Assembly: GCA_964532415.1 (NCBI GenBank)
Contig: CAZHHN010000003.1
Location: 3,777-67,776, forward strand
Length of the DNA stretch: 64,000 bases
Direction of reading: 5' to 3'
Source of the DNA: an uncultured Gammaproteobacteria bacterium
GTDB lineage: Bacteria > Patescibacteriota > Patescibacteriia > SG8-24 > DYFX01
The notes under the pieces are model-generated. The model was given only the letters and a program-made list of their open reading frames with translations. It searched no databases and was not told the origin of the DNA. A program made the position numbers and the translations under genes. This document shows, piece by piece, positions 58,701 through 64,000 of this stretch (positions are counted from its first letter, which is position 1; each line of letters begins with the position of its first letter).

Positions 58701-59252
58701 CGGAGCGATGTTGAAAGTGACGGCGGCGACCACGTCGACCTTCGCCAACGAGCCGCGCGGCTGGATGGCTGTGGGACGGAAGCTTCCGCCCGGTCCGCCT
58801 CCCAAGCCACCGCCGCCCGGTCCACCACCGCCGCCCGGTCCACCGGCTCCTCCACCCGTCGTGGCATTCAGCAGAGCGCTCAGGATGAAGGAGACGATCG
58901 CGAAGGATGTCAGAATGATGATGAGTCCGATGACCGCCGCCGTGATGGTCTGCTTGGCGCGCTCGATCTTTCTTTCTTCACCCGCCGCCGTCATCCAGAC
59001 GAAGCCGCCGTAGAGAATGAGCAGCAGGGCGATCGTACCGAGAACGCCAAGCGCGATCCGCACGATGCGGGCGATGGTGATGCGGACGTCGGTCGTGCCG
59101 GTGCCGATGGCGGTGCCGACTTGGCTCGGCAACAGCTCATTGGCGGTTACGCCCTGGGCATGGACGCCGTGCGCCGACGCCAACCACAGACAGGGCGCGA
59201 CGAGCGCCAGGGTGAGAAGCAGGAAGCGGTGGCGGCGGAAAAACATCCTCAT
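49713..59252 (-). CDS. Giant 3179-aa surface protein: VirB2/TrbC-like pilin N-terminus, Ig/IPT domains, Cys-rich repeats, PsbP-like, type IV pilin-like and YfaP-like domains
   Basis: YGGFVWMTAAGEERKIERAK..ITAAVIGL; many CG[ND]G...ExCD repeats; RRD..R.QD...I..ALE......YP. Confidence 0.85.
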   Translation of the reverse strand: MRMFFRRHRFLLLTLALVAPCLWLASAHGVHAQGVTANELLPSQVGTAIGTGTTDVRITIARIVRIALGVLGTIALLLILYGGFVWMTAAGEERKIERAKQTITAAVIGLIIILTSFAIVSFILSALLNATTGGGAGGPGGGGGPGGGGLGGGPGGSFRPTAIQPRGSLAKVDVVAAVTFNIAPTDDAANIKANLLLEKVAGSARTPVDYDPVVQNATIRLQPVQTCPPPNDDRHCLEPNQDYQVTVRSGLKNASTTDPRTVNCGIGASCSQTFRTGATVDTAAPTVSLTAPSDGASVPAGSLVALQAVAGDKNGIASVEYSADGAFFAADGAAQPIAANTYSSQAVWDNAPVVPVKTVTLTARATNIDGDVASSAPVRVTVRPAACFNHVKDGDEVGVDCGGSCGACTGATCTNNADCSSGECQNGVCVEAPRIVDVQLRDGKPGNLVTVTGTHFGTNPGKVTFLGAAASGDEKDAALASCGGAWSDSRIVIVVPAGAATGPVQVTTSAGKKDATNDAFGPIVTDFQINDTARPGICGVSPVSVKTGQSLTVTGNAFGAAQGDSRVQFAHSAADCTQVQDWSSAADAPQVSPWGDTSLQPVVPNVETGADGAEYLMRVLVGGQPSNTACVRVEPPAAGTDPRIDFVTPTSGSVGTYLSVFGANFGAGGTVRFKNAAGEAIGDISFPAQCAAGYWTDASVTVKVPARFTTPANTAIQLGTYAVTVVRSDGRTSNAQSFAADTSPLAPGLCRVDPDNGPAGTAVSLYGEGFGDIASGDLPAFTAQHPDAVVFHDGKNAASIGQWRASGITATVPDAAVTGPVAIKTFSGPAPLSSNGVSFRVSDCRQNGGDAACGSGRACCGDGACRANCGGSVGAGGFAWQFSTGPIPVFPVVIENATCQLSPPTSMPSPNPYKGAQNVCTDTGAIAVRFSLAMDSSTFNAGSVKLEACGTGASASANCTAVAGTGAPTIVPYNPQDHSLMTLPVGSLQPNTWYRLTLRDQIKSLRVANLAAQPLDGNFDGRAGGDYVTTFKTGAGSCVLAGVHVDPAQGLISAADQQEPYQAFPLSDRCIILSCAGRIVDWNSSDMSKATVGTVPAGDNCQALASPVSETDPGPPVHIRVIVDGKNDQGDLTIDYANPRVTGYGPHDCTEACINAVAFASFNTPMSVSGADSLLANVKLYRCRNESCLAFDGEVPITPVYQPSSNLLTFGNPDLVPDTYYRAVIFGTARSTSQAPLTGLNYNDTAFSWTFRTRTSANPCGPQTVTVQPGQTTLRYIGQVASVSALPLSSPDKCAAGGQILNADSFNWSWARTQAPASPSAFHFLPDVPPGALLNTNPALPPGCSSSCLMTGSKPAGTPACGNGVLEHGEACDTPGLNGCNQNCQRTGNTVTNGCGDGTVQPDRGEECDAGPDNGKAVSGCTTACLFSRSTPGVSACGNGSVGVGEACDDGNTTDGDGCGSRCLLEGSGQNVYVCGNGRLELGEECEYQLGAGGLATRLLLPNHAPITFGPGDEQNPTKPGFACSPSCLLRGNHVSCASGSSCCGNGVIDYGKGEGCDAGSDNGQPGSGCSSACTKTGSDPALRAFCGDTVVTVKPMDPLNGVQNGGGEECEALTLDANIDATQVLEAQNQCDAKNSCTASVAAAVGPVSGQAGVSVECSCRTDADCAAFGAASGLSLSCGAGACCYPRPAPPDIQPKGGNECRNAQISVTFGEEMEPGSLQGGLIVEACGAVAVKSGPASWLARTGEFLRSLIGRRATAAGPCAPVEGNFTHLKDQMAGGARTTSVFTPRQAFDAKRKYRVTVKVGPGGVKSVKGVGYPAGPDFIQEFSTGNDICSFDTVQMNPAADLIQDSATPLTIVATPMTNRAGQLEPIAPLPGVYDWSWNWSTVPEATPPGSLLTLTASNTPSASVQANKGQNGTEQVLAIATITADTQFSPSTVGHQKTGRSDLTILLCERPWPERDTVTGAWAPYVDPSTHFEFFYCRDNDKAPLPELQALPVQGQSGPGGNLLRFCAATLDGSQPKACFTSADCRAGDGCLSKDLFFQFAPEEKLSDAIGVRVYANPERLAPADWFQAQHFSGSIQAATVDGYAAIKDERTVYVTAADKYGDPGLQSYVYVFAFNDKADARTAEIFNRLIKNVRFNTNLAASDQAVGVCKDGTGAVLMLAGKNALAACSSDLDCFHTFAAPPTGLHCDADKDKIRRDLHRWQDVRGIAQALETIHDSTGFYPKLESGTFVRGFSTSKWPSWSQQLGPAGMIVDPLNAFNRCDAFGSECSLSGKVCASDTDCNGSGDVCRTKFEAETCYDDRAGVFACPAASHVYQYRSLGGVDYRLSVDLEYTAYSWLGSSCAARTSEASCRTGIGCSWLPNGPVSGVCQTRVSVTPVCAGLFTDGTDKCLATGAACTDSAHCGVRDQCVPAGVPLVGPAASPACGNGLIESGETCEIGQEHNVACASGGQDGERCGSSCQWEVVQACPGAAACGNGALESYAGETCDDGSQTGQYGRCRSGSYGCVARCVNTTPRASFDGNCADGSCDLGPICSTNADCAGFGALSVCTDRMNFCGDGVKNGPELCDDGARNGEYGFCAWDCRGAGPRCGDNLVNGAEACDGDRQDAPGVCVPSGSTLADSATIAGATQSCAKNSDCGSGMTCALCAVATGGLPQTRIKGCFPATAPAGQACTFDAWSACKPSGACGNGKVEGSEECDNGTANSTTGACLTTCRKNVCNDGFLLPGVEQCDNGAADGVRCSPQYGLTCNYCKTDCSIETVSGAFCGDKTVQSPPESCDPGPVSSWCSRTYTNPNDSSHVKSCASNSDCLPGVCREYVGGVVTATPCHSSSDCTASQFCQGGEGQCLSYNIQCRPEPYSDTQGAPGSAHYFDGSCTSCSNACVGLTNKSPNYCGDKTVQPQFGEQCEVVGDPNATGPSGSGSYYGCSGDCSYDAASGYCGDGIMQGGTVEACDGSDYTADTGNGGAPSCTSMGWGTAGAVACAKSCTLYGGGCSDGPLSPGDVRIRIAWKNPPDTRDIDAHVKLPVYGSSQQIYYLNKGSATQDPHVWLSWDDTNAQLGDNSGRDGFPVPYGLEIMTINWRTDGAYWPSSAGDPYKFFVHQFSSGVSGMVGTKVTICTYDATKPNNADCGRTFTAGSNGNNAYWHVFDFYGGADAAPTIVNVNTFTPISP

Positions 59253-59253
59253 A

Positions 59254-61035
59254 TCACGGCTGGAGGAAACCGCAGGCGGTTTGCGACGGCAGGCCGTTGC
59301 AGCAGAACGGCTCGCTGCCGGTGCAGACGGCCTGACCGTTGGCCGGCGCGAAGCAGTTCTGGTGCAAATCGCGGAGCGCCGGCGTCAGGTCGGCGGCGTA
59401 GCCCTGATTGACGCTGAACAGATCGTGATTGAAGAACGCCTGGGTCTGGTCTGGCGTGCCGCCGGAGGTCGAGGAAACTTCCTGGCTGCTCACCGCGTAG
59501 TTGGTGGGTGCGCCCTGCGGACCGGGCAGCAGGCGCATAGCATCCGTCGTGATACTGGTCGCGCTCATCAGTTTCGAGAACGTCACCGACATCCGGGCAT
59601 CGCGCGGGATATCGCCCTGGAGAATGGCGGGATCCTGCGAAACGACCTTGGGCGGCGTGAGATCGATCTGGTTGCCGGTCGAAAACGCGAACCCGTAATC
59701 GTCGGCGGGGCCGCCTTGGGCAGTGCCGTTGCCGTTGCCGTCAAGCGAGTTGCCGGCCATGTCCGTCACGCCGTTGGCCGGAAAAACGCCGGCCGGCGGA
59801 GCGGTCGTGAGCGCATCGGCCCTGATCTTCACGGAGATGTCCTGATTGGCAGGCAGGCAATACACCTGTTCGCCGCAGGAATTGGTGCCGCAGACCTGAC
59901 TCGTGCGGAATTCGACCGTACGATAGGCGTTGCCGATCGTCTGCGTGCCCTGCACGACGTTGCCGCCGGTACGCGTCACCGAAAGGCCGGCATTCAGACT
60001 GACCGGATCGACCGGCTCGCTGAACGTCGCCTGGATGAGCGAATTGCGCGCCACGCCGTTGGCGCCGTCGGGGGGCTGCACCGATTCGACCGTCGGCGGC
60101 GTGACGTCGAGCTGCGTTGACACTTGGAATTCCCAAAGGTAGCCGGAGCTGAACGTGCCGGAAAACGCGGCGGCGCCGCCTTCTTTTTTAACGCCGCCCG
60201 ACCCTCCACGAAGCACCACGGTATAAAAGACGTTCTCCGACGGGCTTCCGAAACAGTCGGTCGGGCAGTTCTTCTGCAGGAAGACGAAGGTCTTTCCGTC
60301 GCCCGCCGGCGCGATGTCGATGGCGGCCGATGTCAGGCTCTGGGCGAATTTTTGCGGGAACTGATTGGAATTTCCGGCGATCTGCGAGGATTTCAGGATG
60401 GCGACGGACCCGTCGGGCCCCACCGCCAGCGAGGCCGGATCGATCTTCTCTTTGAAGGTGACGGCGATGCGGGTGTTGCGCGGGACGCCGGTGGCATTGC
60501 GGGCGGGATAATGGCTTTCGACGATGCCATTGCCGAGCGCGCCGGCCGGACAGGTGGCCGAGAGACCGATGCAGGCCTGATCGTCGCCGGCGCTGCCGCC
60601 GCCCGTTCCCGGCCCCCCGCCTTCGCTCGCGCCGAGCAGCCGGCTGATGATGAACGAGGTGATGCCGAAAGCCGCCAAGATGATCACCAAGCCGATGATG
60701 GCGCTCGCCAGCGTGCTTTTGGCGCGCCGGACTTTTTCCTCATCGCCGGCGGCCGTCATCCAGAGGAAACCGGCGTAGAGAACGAGGAGCAGCGCAATCG
60801 TGCCGAGGAGCCCGAACGCGATCCGCACGATGCGGGCGACGGTGATGCGGATGTCAGTCGTGCCGGTGCCGATCTCCGCGCCGAGCTGATCCGGCAGAAG
60901 TTCGTTGGTCGTCACCGCCTGGGCATGCGCCAGATGAACGAAGCCCAGGCACGCAAAAGCCGCCAGCACGAAACCCATGGCCGTGCAGGCGGCTTTTGCG
61001 AACCGTCGGGAACGTGGCGCTCTTCCTGAAAGCAT
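59254..61035 (-). CDS. VirB2/TrbC-like pilin fused to three Big_5 Ig-like domains
   Basis: YAGFLWMTAAGDEEKVRRAK..LASAIIGL; P..GA.GV.RN..I..TF repeats. Confidence 0.85.
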   Translation of the reverse strand: MLSGRAPRSRRFAKAACTAMGFVLAAFACLGFVHLAHAQAVTTNELLPDQLGAEIGTGTTDIRITVARIVRIAFGLLGTIALLLVLYAGFLWMTAAGDEEKVRRAKSTLASAIIGLVIILAAFGITSFIISRLLGASEGGGPGTGGGSAGDDQACIGLSATCPAGALGNGIVESHYPARNATGVPRNTRIAVTFKEKIDPASLAVGPDGSVAILKSSQIAGNSNQFPQKFAQSLTSAAIDIAPAGDGKTFVFLQKNCPTDCFGSPSENVFYTVVLRGGSGGVKKEGGAAAFSGTFSSGYLWEFQVSTQLDVTPPTVESVQPPDGANGVARNSLIQATFSEPVDPVSLNAGLSVTRTGGNVVQGTQTIGNAYRTVEFRTSQVCGTNSCGEQVYCLPANQDISVKIRADALTTAPPAGVFPANGVTDMAGNSLDGNGNGTAQGGPADDYGFAFSTGNQIDLTPPKVVSQDPAILQGDIPRDARMSVTFSKLMSATSITTDAMRLLPGPQGAPTNYAVSSQEVSSTSGGTPDQTQAFFNHDLFSVNQGYAADLTPALRDLHQNCFAPANGQAVCTGSEPFCCNGLPSQTACGFLQP

Positions 61036-61059
61036 GGGACAGGATGAGGTTTCTCCGAG

Positions 61060-61512
61060 CTAGGATTTTTGCAGGAACGTCTTGACCGCCTTGCCGACCG
61101 CTCCCCCGTCGGCTTTGCCTTTCAGCTCTTTCATCATCTCGCCCATCAGGCGTCCGTAGGCCGCTTCGCCGGACAGGCCCAGCGCGGCGGCCTTGACGGC
61201 GACGGCAGAATCGATTTCCATCTCCGACATCTGCACGGGCAGGAAGCGTGAGAGCAGCGCGACTTCGGAGGCGGTCTGGGTGGCGAGGTCCTGACGTCCG
61301 GCCTTCTCGAAGTCGGCCAGGGCGTCTTTCAGTTTCTTGACCTCGCGCCCGACGACTTCGAGCGTCCGTGCGTCGTCCATCTCTTCGCCGCGCCGCTCGA
61401 TCTCGGCGTTCTTGAGCGCCGCCCGGAGCATGCGCAGCGCGGAAATCGCCGGGGCGTCCTTGGCCTTCATCGCCTCCAGGTACGTGGATTCGATCTCGTT
61501 TCTGAGGGGCAT
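61060..61512 (-). CDS. yqeY: GatB/YqeY domain protein
   Basis: AMKAKD, LRMLRAALKNAEI, GRQDL, FLPVQMS, KGKADG. Confidence 0.9.
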   Translation of the reverse strand: MPLRNEIESTYLEAMKAKDAPAISALRMLRAALKNAEIERRGEEMDDARTLEVVGREVKKLKDALADFEKAGRQDLATQTASEVALLSRFLPVQMSEMEIDSAVAVKAAALGLSGEAAYGRLMGEMMKELKGKADGGAVGKAVKTFLQKS

Positions 61513-61541
61513 GGGAGATGCGGGCTTCCCCGCCACAAGAC

Positions 61542-61793
61542 TTATCCGCGCGGGCTCCTGCGCTTGCCGAACTCTTCTTCCTTCAACTTGCCGCTCTTGA
61601 GCAGGTATTCGCGGCGGGCGCTCAGGAACTGGCGGCGGAGCGCGGCGTCACGCTGGGCGTTCTTGTTCTTCTCGGCATGATGGAAACGGACTTTCTTCGC
61701 CTGAAGCACGCGTCCGCTCTGCTGGATGCGTCGGCTGAAGCGCCGGAGCAGGGCTTCGAAGCTTTCCCCTTTTTTGCGCTTGACTTCAACCAC
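61542..61793 (-). CDS. rpsU: 30S ribosomal protein S21
   Basis: VEVKRKKGESFEALLRRF; rpsU-yqeY synteny. Confidence 0.9.
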   Translation of the reverse strand: MVEVKRKKGESFEALLRRFSRRIQQSGRVLQAKKVRFHHAEKNKNAQRDAALRRQFLSARREYLLKSGKLKEEEFGKRRSPRG

Positions 61794-61797
61794 AACA

Positions 61798-61814
61798 GGT
61801 CACCTTCCTTTCTA
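61798..61814 (-). promoter_or_regulatory. Extended Shine-Dalgarno of rpsU
   Basis: TAGAAAGGAAGGTGACC just upstream of the GTG. Confidence 0.7.
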
Positions 61815-61968
61815 CTTAAAAATTTTGAGACGATGGTCTCATCGGCAGGATAGCAGGCCTTTCCGGCAGGGTCAACTGCCCCAGGGACCGTTTCGGAAGA
61901 TAGAGAAAAGCGCCGGACTGTCAGTGCGACAGGCGGCGCGGAGTGCTGGGGTGGGGGCGGTCGGGCGG

Positions 61969-63045
61969 TCAGCGGATCTTGAGCAGGTTCTCGGCGGTGC
62001 CGACGGTCACCGTCTGCCATGAAGCACCGTTCCAATGGAGGACGGCGCCTTCGGCGCCAACCGCCCAGACGGAACTGGACGAACGGACCGAGACGGCCGC
62101 CAGTCTGGCGCTGACCATCGAGGCCGGCATTGTTACAGGAGCCCAGGCGCTTCCGTTCCAATGCATGACTGCGGCGGTCGAGGTGGAGCCCGACTGGGAA
62201 TTGCCGACGATCCAGGCGTCTTCGCCGCCGCCGATCCCTGCGTAGGTGAACGGCGTCGAGACCGAGACCGACATCCATCCGCCCGCCATCCGCTGCAACA
62301 GCAGCGGTGACCGGTGGAAGCTGTCGTAGGCGATGGCCCAAGCGTGGGCCGATCCGCCGGTGAAGCCGGTCGTCGTGATGTTGTCCATGTGGAAGTCGCG
62401 GGTGACCGTGTTGCCGTCGAAACGCAGAATGCTGTTCTGCGCGCCGAAGTAGACTTCGGTGGACGAGCGTGCCCAGATCGAGGTGATGGAAAAGATCTCG
62501 TTCCGGGCGGCAGTCGCCTCGGTCCAAGCCGTGCCGTTCCAGTGGAACAGGCGCGCCTTGGCGCTGAGCCCGAGGCCGTCGTCGCCACCGACCCAGAAGT
62601 CGGAAGCGCTCGTCCCGCCGACCACCCAGAGATTGACGTCGGGGAAGGTCTGCATCATCGTCCAGTGGCCGTCTTTCCACTGCAGGACGGCCGACAACAC
62701 GCCGGTGCCGTCGAACGAGGGCGAAACGGCGAAGGCGCCGTCGCCGGCGGGGAAGACATCCCGTACTTGGGCGAAACTTCTGGTCGTGCCGGAGTCGACA
62801 ACCGGGAGACCCTCGGTCTCCGCGTGCCAGCTACCGTTCGGCGTCTGGTGATGCGTGAGATCGGTGCCGACGATCCAGAGCGAATCCGCGTTACCGGAAC
62901 CGGAGCCAGAACCAGATCCGCTACCCGATCCCGAACCCGACCCGGACCCGTCGTCATCGCCGCCGGGCGGCGACATGCTGCCACCCGAACAGGCAAGCAA
63001 CATGGACATGAAGGAAATACCGATGAAATGAGCGTGCGTGCGCAT
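61969..63045 (-). CDS. Lipoprotein with a (GS)n linker and beta-propeller repeats
   Basis: GAGGAG SD; LLAC lipobox; repeated HWNGxxW and VWAVG. Confidence 0.82.
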   Translation of the reverse strand: MRTHAHFIGISFMSMLLACSGGSMSPPGGDDDGSGSGSGSGSGSGSGSGSGNADSLWIVGTDLTHHQTPNGSWHAETEGLPVVDSGTTRSFAQVRDVFPAGDGAFAVSPSFDGTGVLSAVLQWKDGHWTMMQTFPDVNLWVVGGTSASDFWVGGDDGLGLSAKARLFHWNGTAWTEATAARNEIFSITSIWARSSTEVYFGAQNSILRFDGNTVTRDFHMDNITTTGFTGGSAHAWAIAYDSFHRSPLLLQRMAGGWMSVSVSTPFTYAGIGGGEDAWIVGNSQSGSTSTAAVMHWNGSAWAPVTMPASMVSARLAAVSVRSSSSVWAVGAEGAVLHWNGASWQTVTVGTAENLLKIR

Positions 63046-63115
63046 TGCGATTCTCCTCGGAAGCTCCATGCCTTTCGGCGTGGAAGGTGGTGGAAGTTCA
63101 ACCTTTTGCCTCCTT

Positions 63116-63144
63116 ATAATACACGAAAAGGGGTATTTTGTCAA
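63116..63144 (-). promoter_or_regulatory. Near-consensus sigma70 promoter
   Basis: TTGACA-17 nt-TATTAT. Confidence 0.75.
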
Positions 63145-63199
63145 GACCCCCGCCCCTAAAACGAAACATCCGCCCCATGAAGGAGCGGATGTTCTTTAT

Positions 63200-64000
63200 T
63201 CAGCCGCGATGTTTCTTTTTCGGCTCCTCGGTCGGCGGTTCTTCCTCATTCTCCGCCGCCAAAGGCGGTTCGGCCAAGAGCGGATCATCTTCGGCCGGCG
63301 GGGCCGGCGCGGGCGGAGCGACCTTGGGCGGGGCCGGCTGGGAGAGTTTTTTGCGGAGTTCGGCCGCGCACTTCTTGAAGTCGACGATCTCCTGGATACC
63401 GGAGTCCATGTCGCGGATCAGGGCGGTGCCGTCGAGCACTTCCTTTTGGCCGAGGATGACGGTATAGCGCACGCCCAGCCGGTTGGCGATTTCGAGCTGT
63501 TGCTTAAGGGCGTCGCGCGAGAAACTTTCGGCCACGTGCACGCCGTCCTTGCGCAGGCTGTTGAAAAGCGCGAGCGTCTTGCGACGGGCCGGTTCGCCGA
63601 GCTGCGCGACGAAGACCTCGGCCGCGGGCAATTCCGGCACGACGACGCCTTTATCTTTGAGGCAGAGGATGATGCGCTCCACGCCCCAGGCGAAACCGAC
63701 GGCCGGCGTCGGCATGCCGCCCAGAATTTCGACCAAACCGTCGTAGCGGCCGCCGGCCGCCAGGGCGGAATGCTTGTCGGCTTCATCGGCTGGCACGATC
63801 TCAAAGACGGTGTGGCTGTAGTAATCCAGACCGCGCACCAGATGCGGCTGGAGCTGGTACGGCACCTCGAGTTCATCGAGATATTCCAGGACGCGGATGA
63901 AGTGGTTTTTCGATTCCTCGTTCAGGAAGTCGACGATCTGCGGCGCTTCGGCTTTGACGGCCTGGCAGCCTTCCTCTTTGCAGTCGAGGACGCGCAGCGG
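63200..64000 (-). CDS. hisS: Histidyl-tRNA synthetase (C-terminal part; start beyond the window)
   Basis: LVRGLDYYSHTVFE, AGGRYDGL, GFAWGVERI. Confidence 0.96.
   Translation of the reverse strand, partial: PLRVLDCKEEGCQAVKAEAPQIVDFLNEESKNHFIRVLEYLDELEVPYQLQPHLVRGLDYYSHTVFEIVPADEADKHSALAAGGRYDGLVEILGGMPTPAVGFAWGVERIILCLKDKGVVVPELPAAEVFVAQLGEPARRKTLALFNSLRKDGVHVAESFSRDALKQQLEIANRLGVRYTVILGQKEVLDGTALIRDMDSGIQEIVDFKKCAAELRKKLSQPAPPKVAPPAPAPPAEDDPLLAEPPLAAENEEEPPTEEPKKKHRG

Overview
GC-rich bacterial chromosome segment (genetic code 11). It is most consistent with a Patescibacteria/CPR genome of the Uhrbacteria/Parcubacteria type, inferred from the VirB2-like pilin fusions, a GAGC lipobox, SD-less core genes and gene content. 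Core content: ssrA (tmRNA, 5' end cut by the window), rrf2-sufBDSUC-NUDIX-sufT, infC-rpmI-rplT, tRNA-Asp(GTC), apbE plus an FMN-binding lipoprotein, a sensor kinase, pyk, htrA, nrdR, ftsZ, ftsA, dgkA, ybeY, a pilin/giant adhesin cluster, yqeY, rpsU and partial hisS. The strongest unexplained signal is three recombinase-free cargo cassettes (sortase surface system, copper export, APH-like kinase) stacked at the 3' ends of tmRNA and tRNA-Asp. Each is delimited by a degenerate copy of the RNA 3' end in which the T-loop motif sits exactly 5 nt further from the CCA end, which is the attP-versus-attB geometry of large serine recombinases. The two tRNA-Asp copies encode the same 23-aa peptide with almost only synonymous differences. 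Other candidates are a sortase fused to its own FPxTG substrate, a Cys/Met/His leader with a terminator upstream of copA, an extended SD on rpsU in an SD-poor background, twin expression units sharing a 3' hairpin, an unannotated 55-aa Gly-Gly-ended peptide, and a 3179-aa VirB2-pilin/type-IV-pilin chimera. All calls come from reading the sequence; no searches were run.
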